This document shows, in pieces, positions 1 through 14,081 of a stretch of 64,000 nt of DNA (the first letter of the stretch is position 1; each line of letters begins with the position of its first letter). The notes beneath the pieces were generated by a model, which saw only the letters and a program-made list of their open reading frames with translations, did no database searches and had not been told where the DNA came from. The position numbers and the translations under genes were made by a program. This DNA is from Octopus vulgaris (taxonomy: Eukaryota), in NCBI GenBank assembly GCA_951406725.2, contig OX597819.1, positions 127,782,001 to 127,846,000 on the forward strand, read 5' to 3'.

Positions 1-715
1 GTAGAGTGGACAGTGCTATTCAAGTGATTGGCATGTAGGACATTGTCCTGCTTTGCTTTGAACACGTATTTTCCAATAGAAAAAGGGCGGCATACAAGGA
101 GATACCTATTTCTTTATTACCCACAAGGGGCTAAACATAGAGGGGACAAACAAGGACAGACAAACGGATTAAGTCGATTACATCGACCTCAGTGCGTAAC
201 TGGTACTTAATTTATCGACCCCGAAAGGATGAAAGGTGAAGTCAACCTCGGCGGAATTTGAACTCAGAACCTAACGGCAGACGAAATCCGCTAAGCATTT
301 CGCCCGACGTGCTAACGATTCTGCCAGCGCAGGAGATACCATCTCACCAAAGCATGTCTAGAAATAGTCGTCAGAGACAATAATTTGAGATATGACGTGA
401 ACATCAACGGTGAGCCACTAACATACCTTCGGTTTGCAGATGTTATGGTACATGTCACCAAAACTACAGATCAGCTACAGGGCATGTTGACAGAGCTGGA
501 GAAGCATATCACAGCAATAGGCCTAAAATGTAGCGCATGAAGACATAATACATACGGGGTCTGTAGAAGTAGCTCGAGGGAGGAACAAAGGTGGAAGCAA
601 TGAAAACAGGGAGTTAATGGAGTCCGTAAACTTGGGCTACGCAGTGAATATGCACCGAGATGTGGACGCTGAAATGTCGAGGAGGGTACGATGGAAGGTT
701 TTCATAGGTGTACTG
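1..715 (+). mobile_element. Decayed RTE-group LINE reverse transcriptase fragment, interrupted by a SINE at 107-330
   Basis: Translates to PIEKG..(Q)GDTISPK (from 332) and NINGEPLTYLRFADVMV (~400-450), the RT QGD and FADD-type motifs, with stops and frameshifts. Confidence 0.75.
107..330 (-). mobile_element. tRNA-derived SINE, family A (Deu/Nin-like central domain)
   Basis: Reverse complement matches the copies at 7114, 23096 and 31439; flanked by direct repeat aggagatacc (97-106 / 331-340). Confidence 0.9.
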
Positions 716-1095
716 AAATGATATGAAATAAAATATTGGGCATATTTAGAACATGTTTTATGAAGAGCAATGGCGTCTACAATTCTCCATAAAGAGAGCA
801 ATGAGTGTGAAATAGATAGAAATAGCGTACAAATTACATTAATTACATACTATGTTATTATTCTACCTTTTTGTATTTCTGTATATCCATTGATGTTTCT
901 AAAAACAGAATTGTAAACTTACATGTATGTGCATATGGTAGAGGCACATGCTTGTATGGTTATGTGTGTAAACGCGTAAAAAAATCAATAATATTTATGT
1001 TAAGATAGCATGCATTTATACCACGTTTGAATTCCTCTGCCTATTTTTTGTTTATCTTTCTCTCCCCCTCATTCCAACCCCTCTCTCTCTCTTTC

Positions 1096-1140
<45 letters not shown>

Positions 1141-1199
1141 AACTCTTACATTTAGTTTTAATGTGTATATACGCTTGTGTTTTCAGTTAATGTTTGTAT

Positions 1200-1264
1200 A
1201 TGTATGCATGTTATTTTCTCTCCTAATATATATATATAAATAAATATATATATGCATGTATGAA

Positions 1265-1300
<36 letters not shown>

Positions 1301-1685
1301 TGTATGAATGCATGTATGTATATATGTGTGTATGTATGGAAGAATGTATGTATGTATGTATGTATGTATGTATGCATGCATGCATGTATGTATATATGTG
1401 TGTATATATGGAAGAATGCATGTATGTATGTATGTATGTATGTATGTATTATGTATGTATGTATGCATGCATGTATGTATATATGTGTGTATGTATGGAA
1501 GAATGTATGTATGTATGTAAGCATGTATGTATATATGTGTGTATGTATGTGTGTATGTATGTATGCATGTATGTATATATGTATGCATGTATGTATGCAT
1601 ATATGCATGTATGTATACATGTATGTATGTATGTATGTATGTATGAATGCATGTATATATATATATGTGTATGTATCTACGTATA
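1200..1685. repeat. (TATG)n microsatellite with a higher-order ~70-90 bp unit
   Basis: tatatatgtgtgtat(g/a)tatggaagaatg recurs three times within the TATG tract. Confidence 0.9.
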
Positions 1686-2129
1686 TATATTCTCCAATGC
1701 GTACATTTTGCTGTGTGTATGGCGGAAAGTTTAATCTTAACGATTTTTAAAAGACCATTTATATTATTCTTTATATATTTCTTTCTTTATTTTATATATT
1801 TTTAATATGAAAACACAATTACTCTCATTATAGTTTACATTATAATTACACATAATCTAACGATTTAAATTGTATTTTTTTTTTCTTTTAATCTCAATGT
1901 TCTGTTTTTAACAATTCCAGGGCCACACTCAAATTTGACCTCAGTTTACATTCTTTTTTGTTTTTAACTTCATTTGTTTGTTGTTGATGCTATTGTTGCT
2001 GTTGTTGTTGTTGTGTTCTTCCTGATTAGACATTTTGTATTTGTTTGTTAGTTTGTAGTTCCCTCTTTCGGTGTATTTATACCGACTAACTTGAAGATCA
2101 AAGAAAAAAAGCTGGATAAACTTTAATAA

Positions 2130-2367
2130 TATCATCGTCATCGTAATCAACATCAACATCATCATCATCATCATCATCATCGCCGTCATCGACGTCGTAA
2201 TTGTCGTCCACCCTCCCTCGCCACCACCAAATGATGATGATGATGGTAATGAAAGGGAGGTAGAGGAAGAGGAGTAGGAGGAACATGATCATCATCATCA
2301 TCATCATCATCATCAATATCATACAACAACCACTACTACTGCTACGCCTGCTGCTTCTATCCCAGAA

Positions 2368-2407
<40 letters not shown>

Positions 2408-2418
2408 ACACCACCAAC

Positions 2419-2459
<41 letters not shown>

Positions 2460-2500
2460 TACTACTACTATACTATTACTCTTGCTGTTGCTACTGCTGC

Positions 2501-2538
<38 letters not shown>

Positions 2539-2540
2539 CC
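2130..2540. repeat. Compound trinucleotide microsatellites (ATC, ACT, ACC, GCT)
   Basis: Direct reading. Confidence 0.95.
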
Positions 2541-3179
2541 GAAAGCAATTATAAATAGCAACTGCAACAATAATGACAGCAACAATAACCACAAACACTT
2601 CTGGGAAGATCATCGGAGACCCTCGACTTTGAAAAGCCCTCGAGTAGGCATTTGAGAAATGGGTTCGAGTGAGATTTGATCCCACTTCAGTGAAATTATC
2701 ATCACTTGAGTAGTAAAATTAAAAACATCCACCACGGTAGGGAAGAATAATAGAATTTTAAAAAAAATAAAACGGAAACGAAAATAGAAAACAAATAAAA
2801 AAGATTACAAAAGTTTAGAAATGGGAAAGAGTAGGAGGAAGAGGAAAAGGCGGAGGTTTGTGGTCAATGATATGAGTATAATGAAGGCAATTAGCTTAAC
2901 AAAGCAAGTTTATAATTATAATTGGCCTCATTCATTCTTACTGCATGTCTGTCCGTTCGTCTTTCTGCCTAGCCCCATCTACTTCTCTTTCTATGTATTT
3001 TCCTCATCCTACATCGTTCCATCCTTCACTCTACTCCCTCACTCTCTCTTTCTCTTCCCTTCTCTCTCTCTCTCTCACTCTCTCTCTCTCTCTCTCTGTC
3101 CATTCCTCCTCCCTTTATCTCTCTCTCTACCACTATCTCTCTTTTCTGTGTTCATATTTTCATCATTTATCTTTTATTT

Positions 3180-3340
3180 CTTCCAGTCATTGGACTGCAG
3201 CCATGCCGGGGCACCATCTTGAATGACTGAGTGGAAGAAATGAACCGCAGTACTTGTTTTTTAAAGCCCGATATTTATTCTATCCATCCCTTTTTGCCGA
3301 ATCGTTAAGTTACGGAGTGTAAATAGAACAATACAGTTTG
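3180..3340 (-). mobile_element. SINE family B 3' half (degenerate)
   Basis: cagtcattggactgcagccatgccggggcacc matches the reverse complement of the tail at 8305-8343. Confidence 0.75.
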
Positions 3341-3483
3341 TATATGTATACATATGTGTGTGTGTGTGAGTGTGTGCATGTATATATATATATATATACT
3401 TTTTATCTTATATTAAACTTTTAATACGTTTTGATAGTTATATTTTTTAAAAAATTAATAAATAAATAAATTAAATAATAATA

Positions 3484-3518
<35 letters not shown>

Positions 3519-3704
3519 AAGTATAAATTATTAATTTAAATAGTTTTTAAAATTTTAACTTAAATTTAAATATTTTAAATTTTGAATTTTATATTTTACA
3601 TATTTTTTATTAATTAATTTTATTTCTCTGTATTGGTTTATGATTTTCACTGTTTGATTTGCCTAATAGTGGTTTTATCTCTAATTTAATATAATATATA
3701 TATA

Positions 3705-4198
3705 TCTATATATATAAAACTGTAGTTGTATGAGTGTCTGTCCCCTTCGATTTAGATTCCTAACTCCTCCCACATTTTGCGGTGCAGTTTAACCAAATTC
3801 GGGTATCTTATAGTCGTGATTCATTAGCGCGCGTCTACGATGAGTCTACGATTTTAAAAATAATTTAACATCATTTTTTATTCCATTTTAATGCATAATT
3901 TTTCGTGTGTCGATGGCGGCGGAGTTGGCGTCCATGGTCACACCTGCACCTGTTTGCATCTCCCCCTTCTTCCCTCCCTTGTGAAGCTGTGGGGAAGGGA
4001 GTGTAAGGAAATCAACGTCGTAAAGCGTTGTCAAGGAGACCAGCGTTCTTTTAGAACAACGACTTCATGGCTTGAAGACACCAAAACAGAAATGGCTAAG
4101 AAAGTCCGAATTGGCATATATAAGGGAAGTAACTCTCTAAAAATGCTTATATAATTATTTCCCTTACAAACCTGAGCAACGCCGGGCGATACTGCTAG
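3705..4198 (+). mobile_element. Non-autonomous Helitron
   Basis: A|TC start, subterminal hairpin cctgagcaacgccggg, CTAG|T end; homologous to 12273-12668 and 14879-15273. Confidence 0.85.
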
Positions 4199-4266
4199 TT
4201 TATACTATAAAATTTGATTTAATCCTAAATCTAATTTTTCCCTGTAAGTTTGGATTTACTCCTAAT

Positions 4267-4320
<54 letters not shown>

Positions 4321-4701
4321 TCTCTATATATAAACGGCAGTTTGTCTGTGCGTGTTTCTGTGTGTCTGTTTGCTTGTACCCTCACCCTGACCACGGCTTT
4401 CAACCGATTCTGATGAAACTTGACACACACATAGCCCAATGTCATAATTCAAAACTAACGCAGAGAAAATTTTTAAAAGTTCCCCAAGTTCTGAAAAAAT
4501 CGATAAATTCGACATGGGGTCGAGAATCAGAAACACAAACCACAAACTGTCTAGGGGACGCAACTCCACCTTTTTTAACTCTCCAAAAAAATTTACCATC
4601 ATTTTTTCCCATTTTTTTGCTATTTTTTGGCTATAACTCTCTAAAAATGCTTTATAGTTATTTCCCTTACAAACCTGAGCAACGCCGGGCGATACTGCTA
4701 G
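4321..4701 (+). mobile_element. Non-autonomous Helitron (different internal sequence, same 3' end)
   Basis: TC start; ends cctgagcaacgccgggcgatactgCTAG|T. Confidence 0.85.
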
Positions 4702-4724
4702 TATATATATATATGTATACATAA

Positions 4725-4920
4725 TCTTTTATTCTCTTACTTGCTTCCAGTCATTTGACTGCAGCCATGCTGGAGCACCGTGTTGAAGGATCTTAAGCGA
4801 AGAATAAGCCTATAAGCCTAGTACTTAATCTATCGCTTTCTTTTGCCGAACCGCTAAGATACGGGGACGAAAACGTAAACATCGGTTGTCAAGTAATGGT
4901 TGCGAGACAAACACAGGCAC
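4725..4920 (-). mobile_element. SINE family B 3' half
   Basis: cagtcatttgactgcagccatgctggagcaccg and ttttgccgaaccgctaag motifs. Confidence 0.85.
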
Positions 4921-4995
4921 ACATGCATAAATATATATATACATACATACATACATACATACATACACACACTCACACACATATTCGAGTGTGTG

Positions 4996-5087
<92 letters not shown>

Positions 5088-5216
5088 TTCAGCAAAATTT
5101 AGATTCAGATGAATATGGTACTTAAGTTAAAGGCACCAGAATTTAGTATGGTATTATCCATATAAATCAAATGGGGTGATTATAATCAAAATAAGCAACA
5201 AGGTTATCCAAGGTAG

Positions 5217-5304
5217 TGTAGTACAATCGTTTCATGCCACTTCATTTTATTAAACACTGAAAGTATTACATCAGTTTTAAAATGTCGAGCAATCTTCAGC
5301 CACA
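5217..5304 (-). ncRNA. Degenerate type I hammerhead-like motif with long loop II, in a Penelope-like repeat end
   Basis: Minus strand: TGTGG-CTGAAGA-T-TGC..~50 nt..GCA-T-GAAAC-GATT-GTA-CTACA; stem I tgtgg/ctaca; base of stem II mismatched. Confidence 0.45.
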
Positions 5305-5557
5305 TATAGAATTTTTCATTTAAACGGACAATGCACATTCTTATACTTATTTCATTTGCCAACATTACAAAAAGGGTAGATATATAAACAGAGAGGATAA
5401 TTTCATCATTAAGAACATGGTGGTTGTATGTTCATTCTCCGTCTGTGGATTTTATCACTAAGTTCACTTTGTTATTTACAAACGTGTACTTGTTTTTCGG
5501 TTACGAAATAAGTTAAACAAACGTGTATTTTCTTTAAATACATATATCAATTGAAAA

Positions 5558-6555
5558 CTTTATTTTATTTTATTTTATTTTATTTTATTTTATTTTATCT
5601 AGTTTCAGCTCACGAGCTGTGGCCATGCTGGGGCACCGCTATTTGGTGTTTCTACATGATTTTACTTCACGAATGCTTTTTATCAATTGCCACTTGGTGC
5701 ATAAGAGAGTTCGATGCAGCTCCTGTCGTGAAGTTGGTTCATCTGGGACACCTGACAGGATGAGATCCAATTTTATTTTAAAGACATCTGCATCCACCCC
5801 ATGCAGGTCTCTCAGATCCTTTGGGAGGATATTGAAGAGCTGTGGGCCTCTGAAGCCCAGGCTATCACAGTATCTTGTCCTACATCTTGATGGCAAATTT
5901 GGAGTCCTTGGCACTATACAGTGGAGCCCAGTTCTAGCATTTGTGTAACTCTCGATGCTAAATTTTGGGACAAGGCCTTCAAGGATCTTCCAGATGTATA
6001 TTATGGCATATCTTTCTCGCCTACGCTCTAAGGAATAGAGTCTTAATCTCTTGAGTCCTTCCCAGTAGCTTATATGCTGCACAGATGCTATCTTCTTCGT
6101 GTAGCTTCGTTGGATCGCCTCAAGTTCTGTGATTAACTTGACACTGGATGGTGACCATAGCTGAGAGCAATAGTCAAAGTGGCTTAGGACAAGTGTCCTC
6201 CAGAGGACCATCATGGTTTCCTGGTCTCTTGTTCTAAAAGTTCTAAGAATCCATCCGGTCAGCCTCCTACATTTCATTGCCGATTTAGCAACATGCACAT
6301 GAAAGGTTGCATCATCACTCCTGTAAATACCCATGTCTCGCACTGATTGTGCCTCTGGGATTGCAATCCCTCCAGGTCCAGTGTATTTATTGGGTATTGC
6401 ATTTAGTTTTGCATGCTGATAGCATAAAGCTTGAACTGCATGCTATTCTTTTCAGCCCACTTGTATATTTTGTCCAGCTCACATTGCAGGTGCTTAGTGT
6501 CTTCAGGGTTCTGTATTGCCAGTGAAACTTTTGTATCATCCGCATAACTTGTGAT
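5558..6555 (-). mobile_element. 5'-truncated CR1-group LINE (RT C-terminus, 3' UTR, (TAAAA)n tail)
   Basis: ITSYADDTK motif, SHFDYCSQLWSP, LYSLERRRERY, FKIKLD; frameshifted; ends in (TAAAA)n. Confidence 0.9.
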
Positions 6556-7113
6556 ATATATATATATAGGTGGGGTACACATATGTATATGCATATATGT
6601 GTGTAGAGAGAGAATAGTGCAATTTTGTTTTTTGGCAGTACAGATAACTATTGCTTTTGACCCTTGCAACGTAACTGAACTCAGCTAAAACCCACAAAGG
6701 ACTATATCGTGGCACCACTACCCTGAAAGAAAAGGGAATTAATTTGTAGATTGAAGATTTAATTTGCGAATCAAATTTTTTTTTTTTTTTTAGTGAATAC
6801 AACTTAAAAAGTTCAGTTGTTGGTAGCCATCAGAGCGGCACAATTTGAGAAAATTAATTTGCCACAACTTACGCCGTTCTGACGACTCAAAGAAAGAATG
6901 AAAAAGCACTATACATGGCTACAAACGACCAGAAAGTGTAAGAAGTTATAACGTGTAGAAAATATATTAAATGTGTATACTTTGTACACCGCATTTGCTC
7001 TTTGATGTAAATTTTAAATTTTCACATCTGCCTTGATTTAACCTAGAAGAGATTGTCTCCATTATAATAGTTACTCTAGAATATTATTAAGTTGTATTCA
7101 TTAGGAAAAAAAA

Positions 7114-7527
7114 GGCGGCGAGCTGGCAGAAACGTTAGCACGCCGGGCGAAATGCGTAGCCGTATTTCGTTTGCCATTACCTTCCGAGTTCAAATTCCGC
7201 TGAGGTCGACTTTGCCTTTCATCCTTTCGGGGTCAATTAATTAAGTACCAGTTACGCACTGGGGTCGATATAATCGACTTAATCCGTTTGTCTGTGCTTG
7301 TTTGTCCCCTCTATGTTTAGCCCCTTGTGGGTAGTTAAGAAATAGGTATTTCGTCTGCCGCTACGTTCTGAGTTCAAATTCCGCCGAGGTCGACTTTGCG
7401 TTTCATCCTTTCGGTGTCGATAAATTAAGCACCAGTTACGCACTGAGGTCGATGTAATCGACTTAATCCGTTTGTCTGTCCTTGTTTGTTCCCTCTATGT
7501 TTAGCCCCTTTGTGGGCAATAAAGAAA
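7114..7527 (+). mobile_element. SINE family A, head plus tandem dimer of a ~184 bp unit
   Basis: A-box tggcagaaacg and B-box gagttcaaattcc; second unit restarts at gtatttcgtctgccg (7346). Confidence 0.92.
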
Positions 7528-7962
7528 TATATAATAGTTAACCTAGAAGAGTTTGTCTCCATTATAATAGTTAATCAGCAGTTATTGCTTTCCACAATAT
7601 ATTACAAGACTCGCATTAGGTGAGTTACGAGCTACATTTCCTCGTTTGACCACTACCCGGCTACCTATATACATAAATATACACTTGAGCACATACATAT
7701 ATTTAAATACAACTTGCACTATTACAACTTCATATGCTAGCACTACTATAACTATCTTCATTACCTTTACCACCTAACTACCGCTAGCACAATCATATAT
7801 GAACTATTTGCATACGTTTTTCCTTTGCGTATTTCCACATACAATTCGCTAATAAGTTACTCCAGAGTTGCTTCTCTATATTCCTCCTGCACTAGATCCA
7901 TTCAAGACAATTTCATCAAACTGTATGTGCTTCATCACATACGCATACAAAAAAAAAATACG

Positions 7963-8365
7963 AGTGGCTGTGTGGTAAGTAGCTTGCTTACCAACCACAT
8001 GGTTCTGGGTTCAGTCCCACTGCGTGGCACTTTGGGCAAGTGTCTTCTACTATAGTCTCGGGCCGACCAAAGCCTTGTGAGTGGATTTGGTAGACGGAAA
8101 CTGAAAGAATCATGTCGTGTATATGTATATATATATATATATATGTGTGTGTTTTCTGTGTCTGTGTTTGTCCTCCCAACATCGCTTGACAACCGACGAT
8201 GGTGTGTTTACGTCCCCGTAACTTAGCGGTTCGGCGAAAGAGACCAATAGAATAAGTACTAGGCTTACAAAGAATAAGTCCTGGGGTCGTTTTGCTCGAC
8301 TAAAGGCGGTGCTCCAGCATGGCTACAGTCAAATGACTGAAACAAGTAAAAGTGTAAAAGAGTAT
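7963..8365 (+). mobile_element. SINE family B, full length (tRNA head, CORE-like ttgggcaagt, internal TA/TG tract, LINE-derived tail)
   Basis: gtggctgtgtggtaag A-box and gggttcagtccc B-box; tail ggcggtgctccagcatggc; copies at 17073 and 30690. Confidence 0.9.
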
Positions 8366-8611
8366 ACACACATAATTGAAGATATTTATACATAAATACG
8401 TAGCTGTACATATGCTTGCTTATACTTATTTCGTTGACCCAGAATGTTGAAGTTGGCGGAATTTGAACTCAGAGCGTAAAAACGGGCGAAATGCTGCAAA
8501 GCATTTTTACCGACGAGCAAACGGCTCTGACAGCTCACTGCCTTAGAACCAAAAGAAATGGTGCCAGGCGTTTTCTTTCCTTTTTCTCCTCCGCCAATCA
8601 ACCGCGTTGAA

Positions 8612-9288
8612 TTATGTGTGTATGTATGTATGTATGTATGTATGTATGTATGTGCGTGTGTATGTAGTATGTGTGTGTATGTATGTGTGTATGTATGTAT
8701 GTATGTATGTATGTATGTATGTATGTATGTGTGTATGTATGTATGTATGTGTGTATGTATGTATGTATGTATACGTTATGTATGTATGTGTGTATGTATG
8801 TATGTATGTATGTAGGTAAGTATTTATGCATGTATGTACGTACGTATCTATGGCTGTGAGTGTATATATATATATTTGTGTGTGTGTATATGTGTGTGTG
8901 TGGGTGGGTGTATAAAACGATAGATATGCAAGCATATGTTTACAAATATATCTATACATACACACATTCATATATACATCTATGCATAATACATACATAC
9001 ATACATACATACATACATACATACACACATACATACATACATACATACATGCACACATGCATACATGCATACATACATACATACATACATACATACATAC
9101 ATGCATACATACATACATACATATATACATACATACATACATACACACATACATACATACATACATACATACATACATACATACATACATACATACATAC
9201 ATACATACATACATACATACATACATACATACATACATACATACATACATGCATACATACATACATACATATATACATACATACATAC
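8612..9288. repeat. (TATG)n / (CATA)n microsatellites in opposite orientation
   Basis: Direct reading. Confidence 0.95.
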
Positions 9289-9602
9289 TTATCCCGGCAC
9301 CAATCAACATGGCTATTGTGTTTGGAAGATTGGCGTAAAATGCGTCTCTTAACGAAGTACCATTATTCCGATGACAATTGTCCGAATAGCTTTCTTAAGG
9401 ACTTTCCAGCTCTTTATTTAACCCCTAATTATCGCTCTTGTATTTAGTATCAAGTAAACGTTTGTTGTTCAAAACAACCGCAAGCAGCGCTGCTCAGCGC
9501 GTTACGTTTGTTTTAGTTCACTTAACCATTTAAATGCAAACGAAGGACAGGAAAGGAAAAACCAACCACTTCCCAGCCACAACATTACAGGAATATCAAC
9601 GA

Positions 9603-9650
<48 letters not shown>

Positions 9651-9789
9651 CCTCTCTCTTTCTCTCCCTTTTCCAAACTATGGAGACCTGTCTCTTGTCT
9701 GGCTGAAATCGCCATAACAATGTACATGTTTGTCGTTCGTAACATGTTCATAGGGGAGGTGTACGCGCATGCGTTTGTGTTTAATTATG

Positions 9790-9795
9790 TATACA

Positions 9796-9829
<34 letters not shown>

Positions 9830-10174
9830 TAAATATATATGTATGTATATATATACATGTGTATTTACACACACACATTTATATATAAATATATATATAT
9901 ACACATATAGATACATATATATATATACACATATATATACATATGTGTATATATATGTATATATATGTGTGTGTATATATATATTTGTGTGTGTATATAT
10001 ATGTGTGTGTATATATATTTGTATATATATATATATGTGTATATAAATATATGTGTGTATATATATATGTATGTATATGTGTATATATATATATATATTT
10101 ATATATAAATGTGTGTGTGTAAATACACATGTATATATATATACACACACATACATGCTCATATATATATGCGC

Positions 10175-10223
<49 letters not shown>

Positions 10224-10495
10224 TGTGCGTGTATCTGAGCATGCTTGCACGTATACATAAAGCAATGCTGGTATTGAAAATGCAGCGGGCAATTATTCAT
10301 ATTTCCAGTACAAACATGTATGTATGCATGTATGTATGTATGTGTGTATGTATGTATCTATGTATGTATGTGTGTGTGTGTATGTATGTATGCATGCATA
10401 TATGTACACGCGTATGTACTATGTATGTATGTATGTATGTATTTATGTATGTATGTATGTATTTATGTATGTATGTATTTATGTATGTATGTATG

Positions 10496-10529
<34 letters not shown>

Positions 10530-10906
10530 CATGTATGTACACACGTATGTACTATGTATGTATGTATGTATTTATGTATGTATGTATGTATGTTTGTATG
10601 TATGTGTGTTTGTATGTATGTATGTATGTTTGTATGTATGTATGTATGCATGTATGTATGTATGTATGTACACATGTATGTACTATGTTTTTATGTATTT
10701 TTGTATGTATGCATGTATGTATGCATGTATGTATGTATGTATGTATGTATGTATGTATGTATGTATGTACACATGTATGTACTATGTTTTTATGTATGTA
10801 TGTACATATGTATGTATATATGTACGTACGCATGTATGTTTGTATGTATGTTTGTTTGGATTTATGTATGTGTTTTATGTTTGTTTGAGAGAGAGAGGGA
10901 GGGAGA

Positions 10907-10960
<54 letters not shown>
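9790..10960. repeat. Compound (TA)n/(TG)n/(TATG)n/(GA)n microsatellite region
   Basis: Direct reading. Confidence 0.95.
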
Positions 10961-10962
<2 letters not shown>

Positions 10963-11421
10963 GTATTTTTGTCTTCCGAGTATTTAATATTTGCTATTCC
11001 TTCCGAATATTTCAATTTCGCTTATTATAATCAGTCATACAATTTTGTATAATTCATTTCATTCGATCGATATGTTCATTTATATTCATTCCGTTATTCC
11101 CTTATTTATATATTTATTTATTCTAGAAGCCTGCATTTCAGAGGGTTGTCCTACATCATATTTTACATTGCTCTTCTTGTTCTCCCTCCCGTTATGGTCT
11201 GCTGGTCGTTGGACCAGTCTTTTCTTTATAATGTCGTTATACTATTTACCAAACTCAACCCTTCGCCACGCCAGACACATGTAATCACCGCCATTCGTTG
11301 CAAATTGCTTGATATGTTGCTGCTTCGTAAACTGATGAGGTATTAAACTTCAAAACTGCACCACTAATTGACTCTAGCATGCCTGTAATCGTGCAGACAC
11401 ACACACATACACCAATATATG

Positions 11422-12017
11422 TTTCTTTACTACCTACAAGGGGCTAAACACAGAGGGGACAAACAAGGACAGACAAACGGATTAAGTCGAATATATCGAC
11501 TCCAGTGCGTAACTGGTACTTAATTTATCGACCCCGAAAGGATGAAAGGCAAATTCGACCTCGGCGGAATTTGAACTCGGAACGTTGCCGCAAACGAGAT
11601 ACCTATTTCTTTACTACCCACAAGGGGCTAAACACAGAGGGGACAAACAAGGACAGACAAACGGATTAAGTCGATTATATCGACTCCAGTGCATAACTGG
11701 TACTAATTTAATCGACCCCGAAAGGATGAAAGGCAAAGTCGACATTGGCGGAATTTGAACTCAGAACGTAGCAGCAGACAAAATACCTATTTCTTTATAC
11801 CCACAAGGGGTTAAACATAGAAGGGACAAACAAGGACAGACAAACGGATTAAGTTGGTTACATCGACCCCAGTGCGTAACTGGTATTTAATTTATCGACC
11901 CCAAAAGAATGAAAGGCAAAGTTGACCTCGGCGGAATTTGAACTTAGAACGTAACAGCAGACGAAATACGGCTACGCATTTCGCCCGGCGTGCTAACGAT
12001 TCTGCCAGCTGGCCGCC
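11422..12017 (-). mobile_element. SINE family A, tandem trimer
   Basis: Three units joined at atacctatttcttt; TSD cacacacat(a/c)caccaatatatg (11400-11421 / 12022-12043). Confidence 0.92.
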
Positions 12018-12272
12018 TTATCACACACATCCACCAATATATGCACATACAAATACAATAACACACACTCTCACACACGCACATGCACAACACACACATG
12101 CATATATATACAAACATACATGCATGTATACATGCTTACATACATACATACACTCATGCATATGCACATACAAAACGCATACATACATGTATACGAATGT
12201 ACATGCATGCGTGCAGCTATCAATATAGTTATTCATAAATAACGTTTGTGTGTTTGTATATATATATATATA

Positions 12273-12668
12273 CTAGCAGTATCGCCCGGCGTTGCTCGGG
12301 TTTGTAAGGGAAATAACTATATAAGCATTTTTAGAGAGTTATAGCTAAAAAATAGCAAAAAAATGCATTCAAAATTGAAAAAAAATTAAGGTAAATTTTT
12401 TTTTAAATCGTTGACACATCGTAGATATTTTTAGAGAGTTACTTCCCTTATATAAAAGCGAAAAAAATGCATTAAAATGGAAAAATATGATGGTAAATTT
12501 TTTTAAAATCGTAGACTCATCGTAGACGCGCGCTAATACCCAGAAGGGCTCGATATGAATCACGACTATAAGATACCCGCTTTTGGTTAAACTGCACCGC
12601 AAAATGTGGGAGTAGTTACGAATCTAAATCGAACGGGACAGACACACAACTTCACTCTTATATAAAGA
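12273..12668 (-). mobile_element. Non-autonomous Helitron
   Basis: Reverse complement of 14879-15273; minus-strand TC start, hairpin and CTAG end. Confidence 0.88.
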
Positions 12669-12677
12669 TGCTTTTTT

Positions 12678-12993
12678 TTTTCAGTCATAGAGTTAGATTT
12701 ATGAAGGTCTTCAGTAGAATATCCTTCGAATTCTGACTCGCTGCTTGATATAATGAAATTCGTATCCATTTTTGTCAGAATTACAAATTTTGAAAACACA
12801 ATAGGAACAAATTTTGGAAAAAAATCTCCCATAATTCACGGAATTAAAATTACACTTCGATTTTTGTACAAAACTGTATTTGAAGTGTTTACGAAGTATA
12901 ATACGTGTTTTCACGAATGTACTAAAGAGATTTACTCTGATATTCTCATTTAAATATGAATAGGTAAATTCGGGCGGTTTGGTAACGAAAGGG
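12678..12993 (-). mobile_element. piggyBac-like left end with start of an acidic transposase N-terminus
   Basis: Minus strand aa-CCCTTTCGTTACC terminal motif; MDTNFIISSSESEFEGYSTED. Confidence 0.6.
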
Positions 12994-13179
12994 TTTATAT
13001 AAGTGTCGTCTGTTTATACATAAACACTGTTTCATACTGTCGCTAATTTACTCTCTTCCAAGAACATTTTCACTCACTCTTATCTGTTAGCTTCCCATAC
13101 ATTTTACTCATGTATCTATCAGCATGATAGAGAGAAACAAATATTACATCTAGTTTCACTTTATTCGTTGCACACTGTG

Positions 13180-13420
13180 TGTGTGCGTTTGCGTGTGCTG
13201 TAAACCAGACTAAGAAAAGCATTTGACACACACACCAGAATGTGAGTTTTCTGTAAATTTTGCTTAATTGGAGTTTAAATTTTAAAAACTGGACCTGGCA
13301 TGACGCGATGCGTTGTACTCTTAAAAATGCTAGGTAAATTGTAATTGAAGAAATCCTATATTGTAGATTTGTATAACTCCCAAAGGGAGGCAGATAAAAT
13401 CTGCCTTTTATAATAAGAGA
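13180..13420 (-). mobile_element. Probable Helitron 5' end fragment
   Basis: Minus strand A|TCTCTTATTATAAAAG start like the other Helitron 5' ends, with hairpin aggcagat-aaa-atctgcct; left boundary uncertain. Confidence 0.45.
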
Positions 13421-14009
13421 TATGTATGTGTTTGTAAAAAATGAAGTTCGAAAATGCTGCTGTATTATACAATTTTTAATTTTTATATATACATTATAAC
13501 ATGTTTCAGTTCCTGAAATGAACTTTATCAAAAAAAGTTATATATAAAAAAAGACAGCTCATGCCGTCAAACACAAGAAATTCATTTATAATACACAACG
13601 GAGTCAGACATCTTAGAGTTCATGTATAGTTGATATATAGTTCATGTATAGTTGATATATAGTTTGAAGTATATGTTCAAAGTGTTCGATGCAGTGGCCC
13701 ACGGTGGCGATACGTATTCAATACAAAAAACAGATCAAAGTGGTGGAAAGCGGTCAATACAGAAGATTGATGTTTCCGAAAGAGCGAGGAATTCATTTTT
13801 ACCTTAAGCAAATGTGATGACCCATGGTGGATGTTCGCTGGGTGGTATATATATATATATATACACGCATACCCATTTGGGGTTATTTTACGAATATGTG
13901 CTGAAAAGGTTAAATAATCAATTCTATTTCGGGGTTAACCACTCCATACTACGTCAACAACAGAAAATTCAAATTAATATCGTTGTCAATAGTAACAGAC
14001 GCAGCATCC

Positions 14010-14081
<72 letters not shown>

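Noticed and set aside
1158-1750. Long overlapping ORFs of YIHT/MYVC/IY repeats (also at 8.5-11, 16.5, 18.4, 34, 37, 50.5 and 56 kb)
   Set aside because: Stop-free translations of (TATG)n and (TA)n microsatellites
6878-6905. CTGACGA hammerhead-like core (likewise CTGATGA at ~11333 and ~27846)
   Set aside because: No proper stem II/GAAA/stem I arrangement
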